In this document: piece after piece, positions 17,101-25,664 of the stretch
Numbering within the stretch: position 1 is the first letter of the stretch
Layout: each line of letters begins with the position of its first letter
Origin: a virus
Taxonomy: Duplodnaviria; Caudoviricetes
Strand: one strand, 5' to 3'
DNA length: 50,412 nt
IMG/VR virus record: IMGVR_UViG_3300018043_000001
Coordinates: 1-50,412 of that record
The notes under the pieces: generated by a model
Databases searched by the model: none
Seen by the model: only the letters and a program-made list of their open reading frames with translations
Told to the model about the DNA's origin: nothing
Translations under genes and position numbers: made by a program

Positions 17101-20100
17101 GATCACGCCGATGCCCGCGAGGATCTGGCCGGGCAACGCCTCGAAGTCCGAGACGACGCCGCTGATCAGGTTGCCAGCGGCGCTGCTGATCTCACTCCAG
17201 ATGTTCTGAACGTCGGAGAGGATGCTCTGCAGGAACCCGAGGATCTTGCCCGGCAGCTCACCGAAGAAGCCCGCGATCGTGCTGAGGACACCCTCGATGA
17301 AGCTCTTGATGTTATTGAAGACGCTCTCGTAGTAACCGAGGATCTGCGTCAGGAAGCCGAGCAGCTTACCTGGCAGCTGTGCGAAGAAGCTGACGATCGT
17401 GTTGACAACACCGTCGAGGAAGCTGCGGATCGTGTTGAAGATGCTCTGGAAGCTCGACAGGATCGTGTTGAGGAACCCGAGGATCTTGCCCGGCAGTGTC
17501 GAGAAGAACGTGCCGATTGCGTTGACAACAGTGGTGGTAGCTGTTGACACCGACTGCCAGACGTTCTTGACAAAATCGAAGATGTCAGTGAAAACCTGCT
17601 CGATCGTCCCCTTGAACGTCGTGAACAGGTCGATGACAACACCGATCGGGCCGAGGAAGATCGCAGCGAAGACCTCCCAGTGGTCCTTGACGAAATCGAA
17701 CGCGTCGGTGGCGACACCCTCGATCGTATCAAAGGCACCCGAGAGCGCGTCGACCACGGAGTCGAACGCACCCGAGATGACACCGGCGACATCACTGACA
17801 ACACTCTCGATCGCACCCCAGACTTCCTTCCAGTGCGTGACCAGCTCATAGATGCCGACCACGAGCGCGGCGATCGCAGCCGCGATCCCGACCACGAGCG
17901 CGACCACCGGCACGGCATCAAGCGCCCAGGCCGCGACGGTCATCACATCGAAGCCGCCGCCCGCGGTGTCACCGGCCGCTCCGAGCGCTTCGACACTGAC
18001 AGCCGTCTCGTCAGCCGCCGCACCGAACAGCGCCATCTGCCCGGCGGCGCCGTCAGCGGAAGCGCCCACCGCGTCGATGCTGCCCGCGGTGGTGTCCATC
18101 TCCACGCCGGTCGCTTCGGTATCCGCTCCGAGGCCGGTGATCGCCGTGACCAGCTTCGGGATCCCCGAGACGAGCTTGCCCACGTTCTCGGTGGCGGTCA
18201 TGAAGCTCTTGCCGAACGCCACCATCTTGTTGATGGTGAACACGGCGATCGCCGTAGACAGGATCCCGCCGACGACGACACTGAGCGCCACCAGCACATC
18301 CTTGTGGCCGATTACGAACTTCGTGGCGTCCAAAAAAACGCCCGCCATCTTCGTGACGATCGGGATGACGATGGTGCCGATCTTGCCTGCCAAGTCCTCG
18401 CTGGCAGCCTCCAGCGTCTCCAGCTCGCCTTTGAGCGTGTGCGCCTTCTTCTCGGCGGCGTCGTGCGCGGCGCCCTGGCGGTTGACAGCATCGGTCGCCC
18501 TGTCATAGGCCGGCACCCCGGCGAGGATCACGGCTGTCATCTGCCGTGCCGCGGAGGCTCCGAAGATCGTCGTGGCCGTCGCGAGCTGCTGGGCCTGGGT
18601 CATCTTCGCGAACCGCGGCCCGAGCTGGTCGATGATCGAGCCCATGCCGACGAATTGACCGCGGCTGTTGAAGACCGTGACTCCGATGTCCTTGTACTTG
18701 ATGTTCGCGGTCTCGATCGCGGTGGTGGCGGTCGTGAACTGCTTGGCGAGCGCGGCCTGCATCGGCGGCAGGCCGGCGGTGTCGGAGGTGAACTGCTTGG
18801 CGGTGATCGAGCCGCTCAGGTAGCCCTGCGCGAGCCGCTGCAGGCTGGGCGACATCTGATCGAGCACCGTGTTCTGCTCCTGTTGAGCGGTGCTGACGCC
18901 GGAGGCCGTCTTCTCCAGCGTGTTCATCGTGCCGTTGAGAGCGGTCATCGCCGAGCGGCCGGTGACGCCGTGCTCGGTCATATCGACCAGCAGCCCCGAG
19001 AGATCGCCGACGCTGCCCGAGGTGTCGCCTAGCTTGGAGCGGATCTTCGCCAGCGATGAGGCGAGGGACTCGACGCTCTGCCCGGTCGCGGTGCTGGCCG
19101 AGTACAGGACGTCGGTGACGTGCGCGGCGTCCGAGGTCTTCAAGCCGAACGCCTGCAGGATGTCCACCGTGGCGCCGGTGGTGGTGTTCAGATCCTCGCC
19201 TGTGGCCGATGCCAGCTCGGCGCTGGCGGTCATCAGATCGAGCGCCTGCTTGGAGTTGAGCGCCTGCCCTTCGGTGGCCTTCATCTGCCCCGCGACGCCC
19301 GCGTAGGCGGCCATCATCGCGTTGCCCGAGGACTCCAGCTGCAGGCCCGTGTTGTCGAAGGCGTCGCCGATCTTCGCGGCGGAAGCGACGCTCGTGTCCG
19401 TGGCGCCGGCAACGGCCGCCTCGGAGGTCTGCATCTTCTCGCCGACGTCCAGCCCGGCGGCGGCAAGCGCGCCGAGGGAAGCAACCACACCGAGCGTCGC
19501 TGCGCCGCCGAGGTGGTCAAGCGTAGCGCCCAGCCCCGCGACCTCGCCACCGCCCTCTTCGGCGGCGTCGCCCGCTCGCTCCAGGCCGACCTGCAGCTGC
19601 TCCAGCGGCAGGCCCGTCATGCCGAGCAGGCCAGCGAGCTTCGAGAGCCCCTTGCCGATCCCCTCGCTGATCCCGCCGCCAGCTTCCTCGGCGTCCTTAC
19701 CGACGTCCTCGGCGAGGTGCGCGGTCTCGTCGGTGACGCCCTCGCGCAGAGCCAGCCCGCCCGTTGTCCCAACCGCGGCGAAATCGTCCTCCACGCCCGT
19801 CGTGGCGTCCCTCAGGCCACCGCGCAGCTCCGTCCCTGCTCCGGTGCCCACCTGGCCGAGATCGCCCTCCAGGCCGCTCGCAGCGTGCGAGAGCTGGTCT
19901 CGCATCGCGATCCCGCCGGTCTGGCCGATCGAGGCGAAGTCGTTCTCGATGTCCGAGGCAGCGTCCGAGACGCCGGCGCGCAACGCGCCACCCGACGCCT
20001 GCCCGACGTCCTCCAGGTCGCCTTCGAGATCCTTGACACCTTCCTTGACGCCCTTGCGCATCGCCAGGCCGGAGTCCTGCCCGACGTCGCCGAGGTCGCC

Positions 20101-20277
20101 TTCGAGCTTGGAGGCCTCGTCGGTGACGCCCGTGCGCAGCGCCTCGCCGGCGTCCTGCCCGGCGGCCTGTGCGTCCTTCTTGAAGCCGGAGAGCGCGGCG
20201 TCGTTCTCAGCCTTCAGTTCGGCCGCGAACGCCTCGGAGTTGGGGACGACAAGGATCTCGACTGTACCGACGAGCAT
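14134..20277 (-). CDS. tape measure protein with phage-tail-lysozyme-like and NlpC/P60-like domains
   Basis: 2047 aa, Ala/Gly-rich, with TP901-type core and W/F-spaced repeats. GLSAAGAAGIVGNLMQESS..FER (~16300-16650) and IGSPY..DCSGMV..HEFM (~15780-16170). Confidence 0.92.
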   Translation of the reverse strand: MLVGTVEILVVPNSEAFAAELKAENDAALSGFKKDAQAAGQDAGEALRTGVTDEASKLEGDLGDVGQDSGLAMRKGVKEGVKDLEGDLEDVGQASGGALRAGVSDAASDIENDFASIGQTGGIAMRDQLSHAASGLEGDLGQVGTGAGTELRGGLRDATTGVEDDFAAVGTTGGLALREGVTDETAHLAEDVGKDAEEAGGGISEGIGKGLSKLAGLLGMTGLPLEQLQVGLERAGDAAEEGGGEVAGLGATLDHLGGAATLGVVASLGALAAAGLDVGEKMQTSEAAVAGATDTSVASAAKIGDAFDNTGLQLESSGNAMMAAYAGVAGQMKATEGQALNSKQALDLMTASAELASATGEDLNTTTGATVDILQAFGLKTSDAAHVTDVLYSASTATGQSVESLASSLAKIRSKLGDTSGSVGDLSGLLVDMTEHGVTGRSAMTALNGTMNTLEKTASGVSTAQQEQNTVLDQMSPSLQRLAQGYLSGSITAKQFTSDTAGLPPMQAALAKQFTTATTAIETANIKYKDIGVTVFNSRGQFVGMGSIIDQLGPRFAKMTQAQQLATATTIFGASAARQMTAVILAGVPAYDRATDAVNRQGAAHDAAEKKAHTLKGELETLEAASEDLAGKIGTIVIPIVTKMAGVFLDATKFVIGHKDVLVALSVVVGGILSTAIAVFTINKMVAFGKSFMTATENVGKLVSGIPKLVTAITGLGADTEATGVEMDTTAGSIDAVGASADGAAGQMALFGAAADETAVSVEALGAAGDTAGGGFDVMTVAAWALDAVPVVALVVGIAAAIAALVVGIYELVTHWKEVWGAIESVVSDVAGVISGAFDSVVDALSGAFDTIEGVATDAFDFVKDHWEVFAAIFLGPIGVVIDLFTTFKGTIEQVFTDIFDFVKNVWQSVSTATTTVVNAIGTFFSTLPGKILGFLNTILSSFQSIFNTIRSFLDGVVNTIVSFFAQLPGKLLGFLTQILGYYESVFNNIKSFIEGVLSTIAGFFGELPGKILGFLQSILSDVQNIWSEISSAAGNLISGVVSDFEALPGQILAGIGVIVSDIAGIWTQVTSGVTSTISSIVGDFTGLPGQILSALSNIASDFETIGEDIINGIISGIGNVAGSVGSSLVNVVKGGISDVTSFLGIGSPSKKFASDVGEPIPEGIAAGINATTKTASGAVGQMASDMISSAAGVWSAQETAVAQQLMGVFQKAGLSAAGAAGIVGNLMQESSLNPSMNAGPTQGEGLASWTSASGELGQVQLGNTAAQAAQILSELPPALKEFLTSTTSASSAALAFSNLFERDAGTATNATVSSPNTDPSANLNNRESSAAAALVAFGNQVTTTGTKISAASIPGASTSTVPASINAMLAMAKSLIGSPYATGEQHTLSYNETAAQIKQLGTDCSGMVDRILEAGGVLTNATNTAGLPSTPGIAKGAGSGANQVNVFDRTSGDAHEFMEIVKNGVASWFMTGGQTAVNPSSRTTQLTAAQAQQELSGGGFQEYHVTPQALGGPGGGSGAAGMVPLTAAQVALQKVLDGLAKSYTTISAAIPKEQSTFKATAAKETASTTNTSFLASIGITYSAAQQAATKTEISQQKQSLDAQVTGQKAQLENIVAQYVSHLGTQTASQKAAMNAQTAAVNTGSKQLNSLVSAIHSGSLKTLQSALISAHNAGLSKIESTLNVVHNQGMAALGKSVESLHGSALSTLNKALTSVHASNLTTLTKQLTASYSGGASILAKGVTSVHQSTMAALAKVVEGLHGAALTTIEKELTATHSSGLVTVEKSLTGVHGTAMASLSTQLVAVHKAAMAQVAAQSAAAEKQAAASAAAAAAATAAAAKQASDAAATAAAQAAQDAATAAAQAAAQADQASADAINNATKVMSDQTKAQTDAIADQTKIYLDQQKSVTDNAAGSTVSLAQAAADAAQTQLDQVTAAANQTIDAAQIAVDQAAGGSQTAQAQAAAALAQAQATAAIQEAQAQSVLDEASAAASAQGNSSSTTTTTTGGDVYMTINGAGMSASDLMAEVAWNLKIGALPIAAAPAVGA

Positions 20278-20300
20278 CTGCCCACCTCCCTTCCGGACGC

Positions 20301-20333
20301 AAAAGCGCCGTCCCGATTACCGAGACGGCGCTT
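20301..20333 (-). terminator. intrinsic terminator immediately upstream of the tape measure RBS
   Basis: Minus strand AAGCGCCGTCTCG-GTAAT-CGGGACGGCGCTTTT. The G-U pair works only on the - strand. Confidence 0.7.
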
Positions 20334-20417
20334 GCTGAGTGCTGCGATGGAGCGACCCGAAGGCCGCGGTTACGTTAGAGCGAGCTGACGTCCCCGGTGA
20401 GCAGTGCTGCCTTGCGT
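20301..20417 (-). ncRNA. candidate small structured RNA / attenuator leader
   Basis: Lies between promoter and terminator. Hairpins ACGTCAG/CTAACGT and GCGGCC-TTCG-GGTCGC, possibly closed by GGGGA/TCC. Confidence 0.4.
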
Positions 20418-20451
20418 ATATCACAGTAGCATACGCAATCAGCAGTCTCAA
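20412..20451 (-). promoter_or_regulatory. sigma70-like promoter overlapped by an inverted repeat
   Basis: TTGAGA-17-TACTGT with TG extension. TTGCGTAT (20412-20419)/ATACGCAA (20431-20438) flank the -10. Confidence 0.55.
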
Positions 20452-20453
20452 CC

Positions 20454-21461
20454 TCAGGCCGTCCAGCTACCCGGCTGGCCGTTGTCGAGCGCCTCGTGAA
20501 TCGCCTTCAAGGCCGCGTTGACGGACTCGTAGGCGGTCGTCACGCTCGCGACGGTGACGTGGTACTGAGTCCTCGGGGTCGGCGTCGGGGTCGGCGTCGG
20601 CGTGGGCGTCGGAGTCGGCGTGGGCGTCGGAGTCGGGGTCGGGGTCGGCGTGGCCGTCATGATCGAGTAGAGGTTCGCGATCTGCGCCGCGGTGAGCGCC
20701 GCGGGGACCACTGCCAGCTTGCCGATCGAGCACTCGCCGTAGCCGACCGTGCCCTCGTTGTCGGAACCGAGCGGCGTGGCCGAGCCCCATCCGCCCGAGC
20801 CGATCGTGAGCGGGCTCGTGGTGTGGGCCGGCTCGATCGCATCCGCGCTGCCGGCGGAGGCCACCATCGGGCACGAGTTGACCAGATTGCCGTTGAGGTA
20901 GAGCTTCACCGAGCCGCTCGCGCCCGCGCCCTCATAGACAACCGCGTAGCCGTACCACGGCCCAACCGTCTTGACCACATGGTCATCGAATCCCGCGCCG
21001 AAGCCGCAGTCCTTCGAGAAGGCATAGCCGCACACGTTGGTCGGCGCATTCCCTGAGTCCGTGCTGTTCGCGTTGTAGTAGCGGAAGGCGTACTCACAGC
21101 CGTCCGTGGCGACCTCGCCAGAGCTGGACTCGATCGCCTTGGAGATGATCTCCGTGCCACCCTCCAGCCCCGGTGCCGGGTGCGGGAAGTTGAGCGTCGC
21201 GAACTGCACCCAGAACAGCAGCGTCAGCGCTCCCTTCGTGGAGATCGACAGCGAGCCGTCGGCGGGGTCGGCGACGATGATGAAGTTGTCGACGCCGTTG
21301 AAGACATGCGCGTTGTCCCCATTGGGCAGGGTCGGCGCGACCGTCACGTCATTGATGTTCTCGATGCTCAGCGTCTCGGTGCCGGCGTTGGCCGTGGGCG
21401 TGGCGCCCGTGAGGTAGAGCGCCGGATCGAGTGCTGCCACTGCGGTGTCGTATGCGGACAC
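20454..21461 (-). CDS. LamG/concanavalin-A-like lectin domain protein with Pro-Thr linker
   Basis: W...AVVY....VKLYLNG, PLTIG, ALTAAQIANLY motifs; (PT)n linker near 20572-20652. Confidence 0.8.
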   Translation of the reverse strand: MSAYDTAVAALDPALYLTGATPTANAGTETLSIENINDVTVAPTLPNGDNAHVFNGVDNFIIVADPADGSLSISTKGALTLLFWVQFATLNFPHPAPGLEGGTEIISKAIESSSGEVATDGCEYAFRYYNANSTDSGNAPTNVCGYAFSKDCGFGAGFDDHVVKTVGPWYGYAVVYEGAGASGSVKLYLNGNLVNSCPMVASAGSADAIEPAHTTSPLTIGSGGWGSATPLGSDNEGTVGYGECSIGKLAVVPAALTAAQIANLYSIMTATPTPTPTPTPTPTPTPTPTPTPTPTPRTQYHVTVASVTTAYESVNAALKAIHEALDNGQPGSWTA

Positions 21462-21476
21462 GGATCCTCCAGAGCG

Positions 21477-22120
21477 TTAGGTGTCGGCGAACAGCTTATC
21501 GGTCGCCTCCTGCTGAGCGAGAGCCTCGGGCGACATGCCCCAGTGCTCGCGCTTGTACTCCTGGGCCTCTTCTGCGTCGAAGGGCTCTTCGAGCGCCTCT
21601 GTGAGCAGCCTGCGCGCCTCTGAGCGCTTCCCGGCCGTCTCGTCCAGCAGATATGACCAGATGATGTCTAGGCAGGTGACAATGGGCTCAGCTTCGAGCG
21701 TGATGCCGCGGCGCGCGCAGCGCCCGTTGAGGTCCGCTTCCGCTGAGAAGTACCAGAGGATGAGCCGGACCGCGGCTTGGTAGGGCGCGCTGCCCAGACC
21801 TCCGTGACCGTCTGGTAGACGTCGGAGATCAGCTGCGCCTCGATCATGAGGTCGTCGCGATCGAGGAACTCCAGGAAGCGCTCGCGATCCTCGGACATCA
21901 GCGACTTGGAGAGGAAGTCCAGGATCGGAGCGGTGGCCAGGATCCCATTGGGCTGGATCGCACGGAACGCGCGGATCACCGCCCCGGCCGGCATCACCGG
22001 GCGGAAGCTGAACTCTTCGATGACTTCGGTGCCGTCGAGCTTGTAGGCGGCGACGGGCACGATGATCGGCTCCAGCGCGTCCGGTGCGGACTCGCGATGA
22101 CCGACGATTTCGGTTCTCAT
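21477..22120 (-). CDS. tail assembly chaperone long form via -1 frameshift at CGC CCT AC (21780-21787)
   Basis: The -1 frame is open as PYQAAVRLILWYF…HWGMSPEA…ADT* to TAA at 21477, with high GC3 and no own start at its 5' end. Confidence 0.7.
21668..22120 (-). CDS. tail assembly chaperone (short form, gpG-like)
   Basis: DRERFLEFL...TEVWAARPT followed by a Ser/Arg-rich tail; located upstream of the tape measure. Confidence 0.75.
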   Translation of the reverse strand: MRTEIVGHRESAPDALEPIIVPVAAYKLDGTEVIEEFSFRPVMPAGAVIRAFRAIQPNGILATAPILDFLSKSLMSEDRERFLEFLDRDDLMIEAQLISDVYQTVTEVWAARPTKPRSGSSSGTSQRKRTSTGAARAAASRSKLSPLSPA

Positions 22121-22188
22121 GGGACTCCTTGGGATGGGTGGGATGGTTTAGGCTGCGAGCGCGGCACCATCCCGCGCCGCGCCCGCAG

Positions 22189-22587
22189 TCAAAGAGCGAG
22201 ACGTAGATTGTCGCTCAGGAAGCGATTGGGCTTCACAGCCTTGGACTTCATCGAGAAGACCGGCCCGCCGACGCCCATCCAGCGCAGCGCGTGCGCGGTC
22301 ACGGGGCGCACCTCGCCACGGCCGTTGTGAATGATCTCCGAGTAGCTCTGGCGCGTCGGGGAGCACGGCGTCGTGTCGGACTGGATCATCACGGCGAAGC
22401 TGCCGTTGACGGTCACGTAGCGCTTGACGATCGTGTCCTGCAGGCAGCCTGTGCGCCGGGGCGCCTGGCGCTTGGCGCCCATCTGCACGCGCTGCGCACG
22501 AGCCATGATGTCGCGCCCGACCATACCGTCAGGGCTCCTCAGCACCACCTGCAGGACGGCGCCGTCGATGATCAGCTCGTCGCTCAT
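22189..22587 (-). CDS. neck / HK97 gp10-like protein
   Basis: AKRQAPRRTGCL...YSEIIHNG...ALRW...PNRFL. Confidence 0.7.
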   Translation of the reverse strand: MSDELIIDGAVLQVVLRSPDGMVGRDIMARAQRVQMGAKRQAPRRTGCLQDTIVKRYVTVNGSFAVMIQSDTTPCSPTRQSYSEIIHNGRGEVRPVTAHALRWMGVGGPVFSMKSKAVKPNRFLSDNLRLAL

Positions 22588-23090
22588 GCGAGCGCGATCT
22601 CCAGCAGCAGGCGCGTCGCGGCCATCCCGCCCTCAGGGCCGACGGTCTGCAGCGCGCTCATCACGAACGTCTCGCCCGGCCCGGTGACCATGTAACCGAC
22701 AGCGATGGCGCTGGTGGCCATGATCATCGCCTGCGCGTCGGAGACGGCGTTGGCGCCCGCGGCGTTCAGCTGCTCGGCGCTCGGCACCATACCCTCGGCG
22801 AAGGGCGCGTCCACGTTCAGCGCGGAGGTGACGCGCACGAGATTGATGACCCAGCTGGCGTGGTACTGGACCGCGGACGGCGGGAAGTAGCCGCCGCCCC
22901 AGCCGGCGCCCGGTTGGCCCTGGGCGATCGAGACCAGGTTGACCGACAGCTGCTCGCCATCCCACACGAGATCTGACCCGGCGGCGACGAACTGCCGCTC
23001 GGGGAGAACGACGCCCTGCGCCGCGAGCTGAGAGGCGTATGCCTCCAGGATGCTCTGTGCGGCCCCAGGAAGGTCAGCTAGGCTGGCCAA
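22584..23090 (-). CDS. putative tail terminator/completion protein
   Basis: Position in the head-tail joining module; C-terminal GPEGG motif. Confidence 0.55.
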   Translation of the reverse strand: MASLADLPGAAQSILEAYASQLAAQGVVLPERQFVAAGSDLVWDGEQLSVNLVSIAQGQPGAGWGGGYFPPSAVQYHASWVINLVRVTSALNVDAPFAEGMVPSAEQLNAAGANAVSDAQAMIMATSAIAVGYMVTGPGETFVMSALQTVGPEGGMAATRLLLEIALA

Positions 23091-23361
23091 CCGTTCCTGC
23101 CTCCGGCACGCTGGCGGGCTCCTGAGCGGGCTCGGGGGCGCTCTCGGCTACCGTATCGGCAACGGGCTCGGGCTCGACCACTACCTGCTGCGTGCGATGC
23201 GCGGAGAGCAGAGCCTTGATCGCGACCTCTGAGAGCGACGCCAGACGCGACTCGATCGAACGCTGGCCCTGCTCGCTGGAGACGTTGAAGTGATTGACGA
23301 AGTACGCGACCTCGGCCTCGGTCGCGCCCGCGGAGCGGAAACGGCTAACTGGGAAGGACAA
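23074..23361 (-). CDS. hypothetical protein
   Basis: Probable TTG start at 23361. The upstream part of the ORF-track call overlaps the adaptor gene. Confidence 0.5.
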   Translation of the reverse strand: MSFPVSRFRSAGATEAEVAYFVNHFNVSSEQGQRSIESRLASLSEVAIKALLSAHRTQQVVVEPEPVADTVAESAPEPAQEPASVPEAGTVGQPS

Positions 23362-23476
23362 TCGGGGGGCCTTTCGTCGGCTTGGGCTTGGGGTCCGCCG
23401 CGGGCGCCGGTGACGGCTCAGGGGCCGGGATGACCTTCGGCGGATCGGGCGGGGCGAACGGGTTGGTCTCGGACAT
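23345..23476 (-). CDS. 43-aa proline-rich peptide
   Basis: AGGAG RBS then MSETNPFAPPDPPKVIPAPEPSPAPAADPKPKPTKGPPIVLPS*; below the ORF-track cutoff. Confidence 0.55.
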   Translation of the reverse strand: MSETNPFAPPDPPKVIPAPEPSPAPAADPKPKPTKGPPIVLPS

Positions 23477-23483
23477 CGTGCTC

Positions 23484-24368
23484 CTAGAGAGTTGTGACGG
23501 TGGCCTGGCGCTTGACGGGCGAGACGTCCGGGGACCACACCGAAGCCTTGGCCTGCAGGCAGTGAGGGTTGAATGCTCGCAGGAACATGTCCACCTCCCA
23601 GATGCCCGTCTGGCCGCTCTTCAACAGGTCCAGCGCCGAGGCGACCTGAACGGCGACGCCTTGGCGAGTGACCTGCGAGACGCGATGGGGGTAGTGCGTG
23701 CTGTCGCCGAGCTGTGGGAGAGCCAGAAAGAGTGCGAGTGCTCGCGCCGCAAGCTGCCCAGAGGCGGGTGGCGCCGTGCCGAACATGAACGTGACCCCGA
23801 AGGTGCCCAGCTCCGTGAGTGGGAGGTCGGGGATCTGCGACGTCGGCCATCCGTAGCGAGCTGTGGGAACAGCATCAGCAGCTATGCGGAGCCGAACGAG
23901 CACATGACCGGCGCGCAGCTCATACTCATCCGGAGGGATAACCTCTCCATCAATCATCACCTCTGTGATGCTGTTGATCTGGAACGGGAAGCTGATCTCG
24001 GGCGCGTCCTTACGGCCATAGCTCGACACCACACCCGGCATCGCCGTGCCGTAGCTCGACGCCGGCCCCGCCGAAGAGAAGAACCCCATCGGCGAGAGCC
24101 TGCCCCAGCCACGCAGGTCGAGATCCGTGGGGCGGCTCACCGGGCGCGCGGTGACAGGCCCGCACTCGCCGGTGAACTGCTTGCCGCTCATCCGGTAGAG
24201 CGCCTCTGAGGCCGCGGTGGCGGCCTCGGCGCAGATGGCCTCCAGCTGTCCTGACTGGAGGCCTCCTGAGGTTGCGAGCTTGGCCGCGGCGGCCTGCACC
24301 CACGGATGAGCTTCGATCTCCGAGCCTACGCACCACGGCGCGCAAGGCCCAGTGCGTAGGCTTGGCAT
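23484..24368 (-). CDS. head-to-tail adaptor
   Basis: AASEALYRMSGKQF..C..VTARP and RVSQVTRQGV...TGIWEVDMFL..FNP, as in cluster-B-like actinophage adaptors. Confidence 0.75.
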   Translation of the reverse strand: MPSLRTGPCAPWCVGSEIEAHPWVQAAAAKLATSGGLQSGQLEAICAEAATAASEALYRMSGKQFTGECGPVTARPVSRPTDLDLRGWGRLSPMGFFSSAGPASSYGTAMPGVVSSYGRKDAPEISFPFQINSITEVMIDGEVIPPDEYELRAGHVLVRLRIAADAVPTARYGWPTSQIPDLPLTELGTFGVTFMFGTAPPASGQLAARALALFLALPQLGDSTHYPHRVSQVTRQGVAVQVASALDLLKSGQTGIWEVDMFLRAFNPHCLQAKASVWSPDVSPVKRQATVTTL

Positions 24369-24375
24369 GTCGCGC

Positions 24376-25641
24376 TCAGATCAGAGCGGGCGCGCCCACC
24401 GGCACGACGCCGACGCTGTTGACCGACGCACCTGCCGGCAGCACCTGAGCACCGCAGCGAGCGCGCTGGAAGACCTTGGTCGTGTCGAACGGGAAGTCGT
24501 TGGCACCACCCGAGCCCCAGTTGCTGTTCTGGAAGGCCTGACCCTCGTAGATGCTCTGCGCCGCCGCGTTGGTGAGGTCCAGCGGCATGCGGTGCGAGTT
24601 GGCGACGCGCGGCAGCACCCAGTGGAAGTAGGGCAGCACCGCGGCCTGGTAGCCGTTGACGATCGCCTTGCTCCAGAACTCGACGCTGACGCCGGTCGGG
24701 TTGGCGACCGACAGCAGGGCCGGAGCCTGGTAGCCGACGGCGCCCGGACCAGCCGAGGTGTCCGTGGTCGGCGCGCCGCCGCCCGAAGGCGTGACCGAGC
24801 CGTTGTCCACGAACACAGGGATGATGGTCGGGTTGCCGGTGCCGGCGATGGCAGCCTGCGTGACGTCCGGGGAGGCGTAGATCAGCGAGCTGCCCGGAGC
24901 GCCGTACTGGGTCACCGTCCACACCGCGGTCGTCGCGGAGACGATGAAGGTGGTGCCGATCGGGATGGCCTTGGTGAGCGGCGCCTGGCTCGGGATCGCC
25001 TGCGTGGCACCGGCCACGAGAGCCGCCGTGCCAGCCGTGGCGAGCGCCGGGCCGTCGATGTTGGGGATCGTCCCAATGAGCTGCTCGACGCCGACGTTGC
25101 GCCCGTACACGCGGATCCCGAGTGCGCTCGAAGACGAGAAGCCGGGCTCGACGGGCTCGACGATCACGGCCTGGTTGGCGGTCGGGGTGACCGTCATCTC
25201 AGCCGAGGGAACGCCCTCGCCGTAGGTGTTGTAGAACGTCGTCTTGTAGGCGTAGAGCTGGTTGCCCAGGGTGCTCGTGGGGCCGGTGACGGCAGCCACG
25301 GTCGGCGTCGCGGGAGCGCCCAGCGCGGCCGTGGTGGTGTCGTTGTAGACGGTGCCACCGCAGAGCGCGGCCTCCAGGTTCGGATCCGGAGTACCCAGCT
25401 CGATCGAGACCGTGTAGTACTTCGGGATGTCTCCGTGCTTGGCTGCTACCACCAGCTCGCCGGAGGCGCCCTTCAACTCGATGTCATCGCCCGTGGTCAC
25501 CACCGGCGTAATCGTCGCCTTGATCAGCTGGTTGGTGACATACGTGGTCGTGCCGGCGTCCACGGCGCCGGTTGCGTCGAGCGGGGAGATGCGTGTTGCC
25601 ACAGCCCAAACCGCGGCAGCGCCATCAGGTAGTTGCGTCAT
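24376..25641 (-). CDS. major tail tube protein with inserted FN3/Ig-like module
   Basis: ATG 25641 after GAGGA. TTGDDIELK..G...PDPNLEA.L.GG and GVSVEFWSKAI...YFHWVLP tube motifs flank an insert. Confidence 0.8.
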   Translation of the reverse strand: MTQLPDGAAAVWAVATRISPLDATGAVDAGTTTYVTNQLIKATITPVVTTGDDIELKGASGELVVAAKHGDIPKYYTVSIELGTPDPNLEAALCGGTVYNDTTTAALGAPATPTVAAVTGPTSTLGNQLYAYKTTFYNTYGEGVPSAEMTVTPTANQAVIVEPVEPGFSSSSALGIRVYGRNVGVEQLIGTIPNIDGPALATAGTAALVAGATQAIPSQAPLTKAIPIGTTFIVSATTAVWTVTQYGAPGSSLIYASPDVTQAAIAGTGNPTIIPVFVDNGSVTPSGGGAPTTDTSAGPGAVGYQAPALLSVANPTGVSVEFWSKAIVNGYQAAVLPYFHWVLPRVANSHRMPLDLTNAAAQSIYEGQAFQNSNWGSGGANDFPFDTTKVFQRARCGAQVLPAGASVNSVGVVPVGAPALI

Positions 25642-25664
25642 TTCTTGGTTCCTCTGGGTTGTGG

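Noticed and set aside
19690-20160. 26-aa repeats at the tape measure N-terminus as a separate element
   Set aside because: Real (about six copies) but an ordinary helical tape measure repeat.
20293-20331. + strand resemblance to a guanidine-III riboswitch (CCGGACG...GCGCCGT...AGACGGCGC)
   Set aside because: The conserved CGAGG and P1 pairing are missing and there is no downstream + gene. It is better explained as the - strand terminator.
20572-20652. Short tandem DNA repeat as CRISPR or VNTR element
   Set aside because: It encodes a Pro-Thr linker with synonymous variation and has no spacers.
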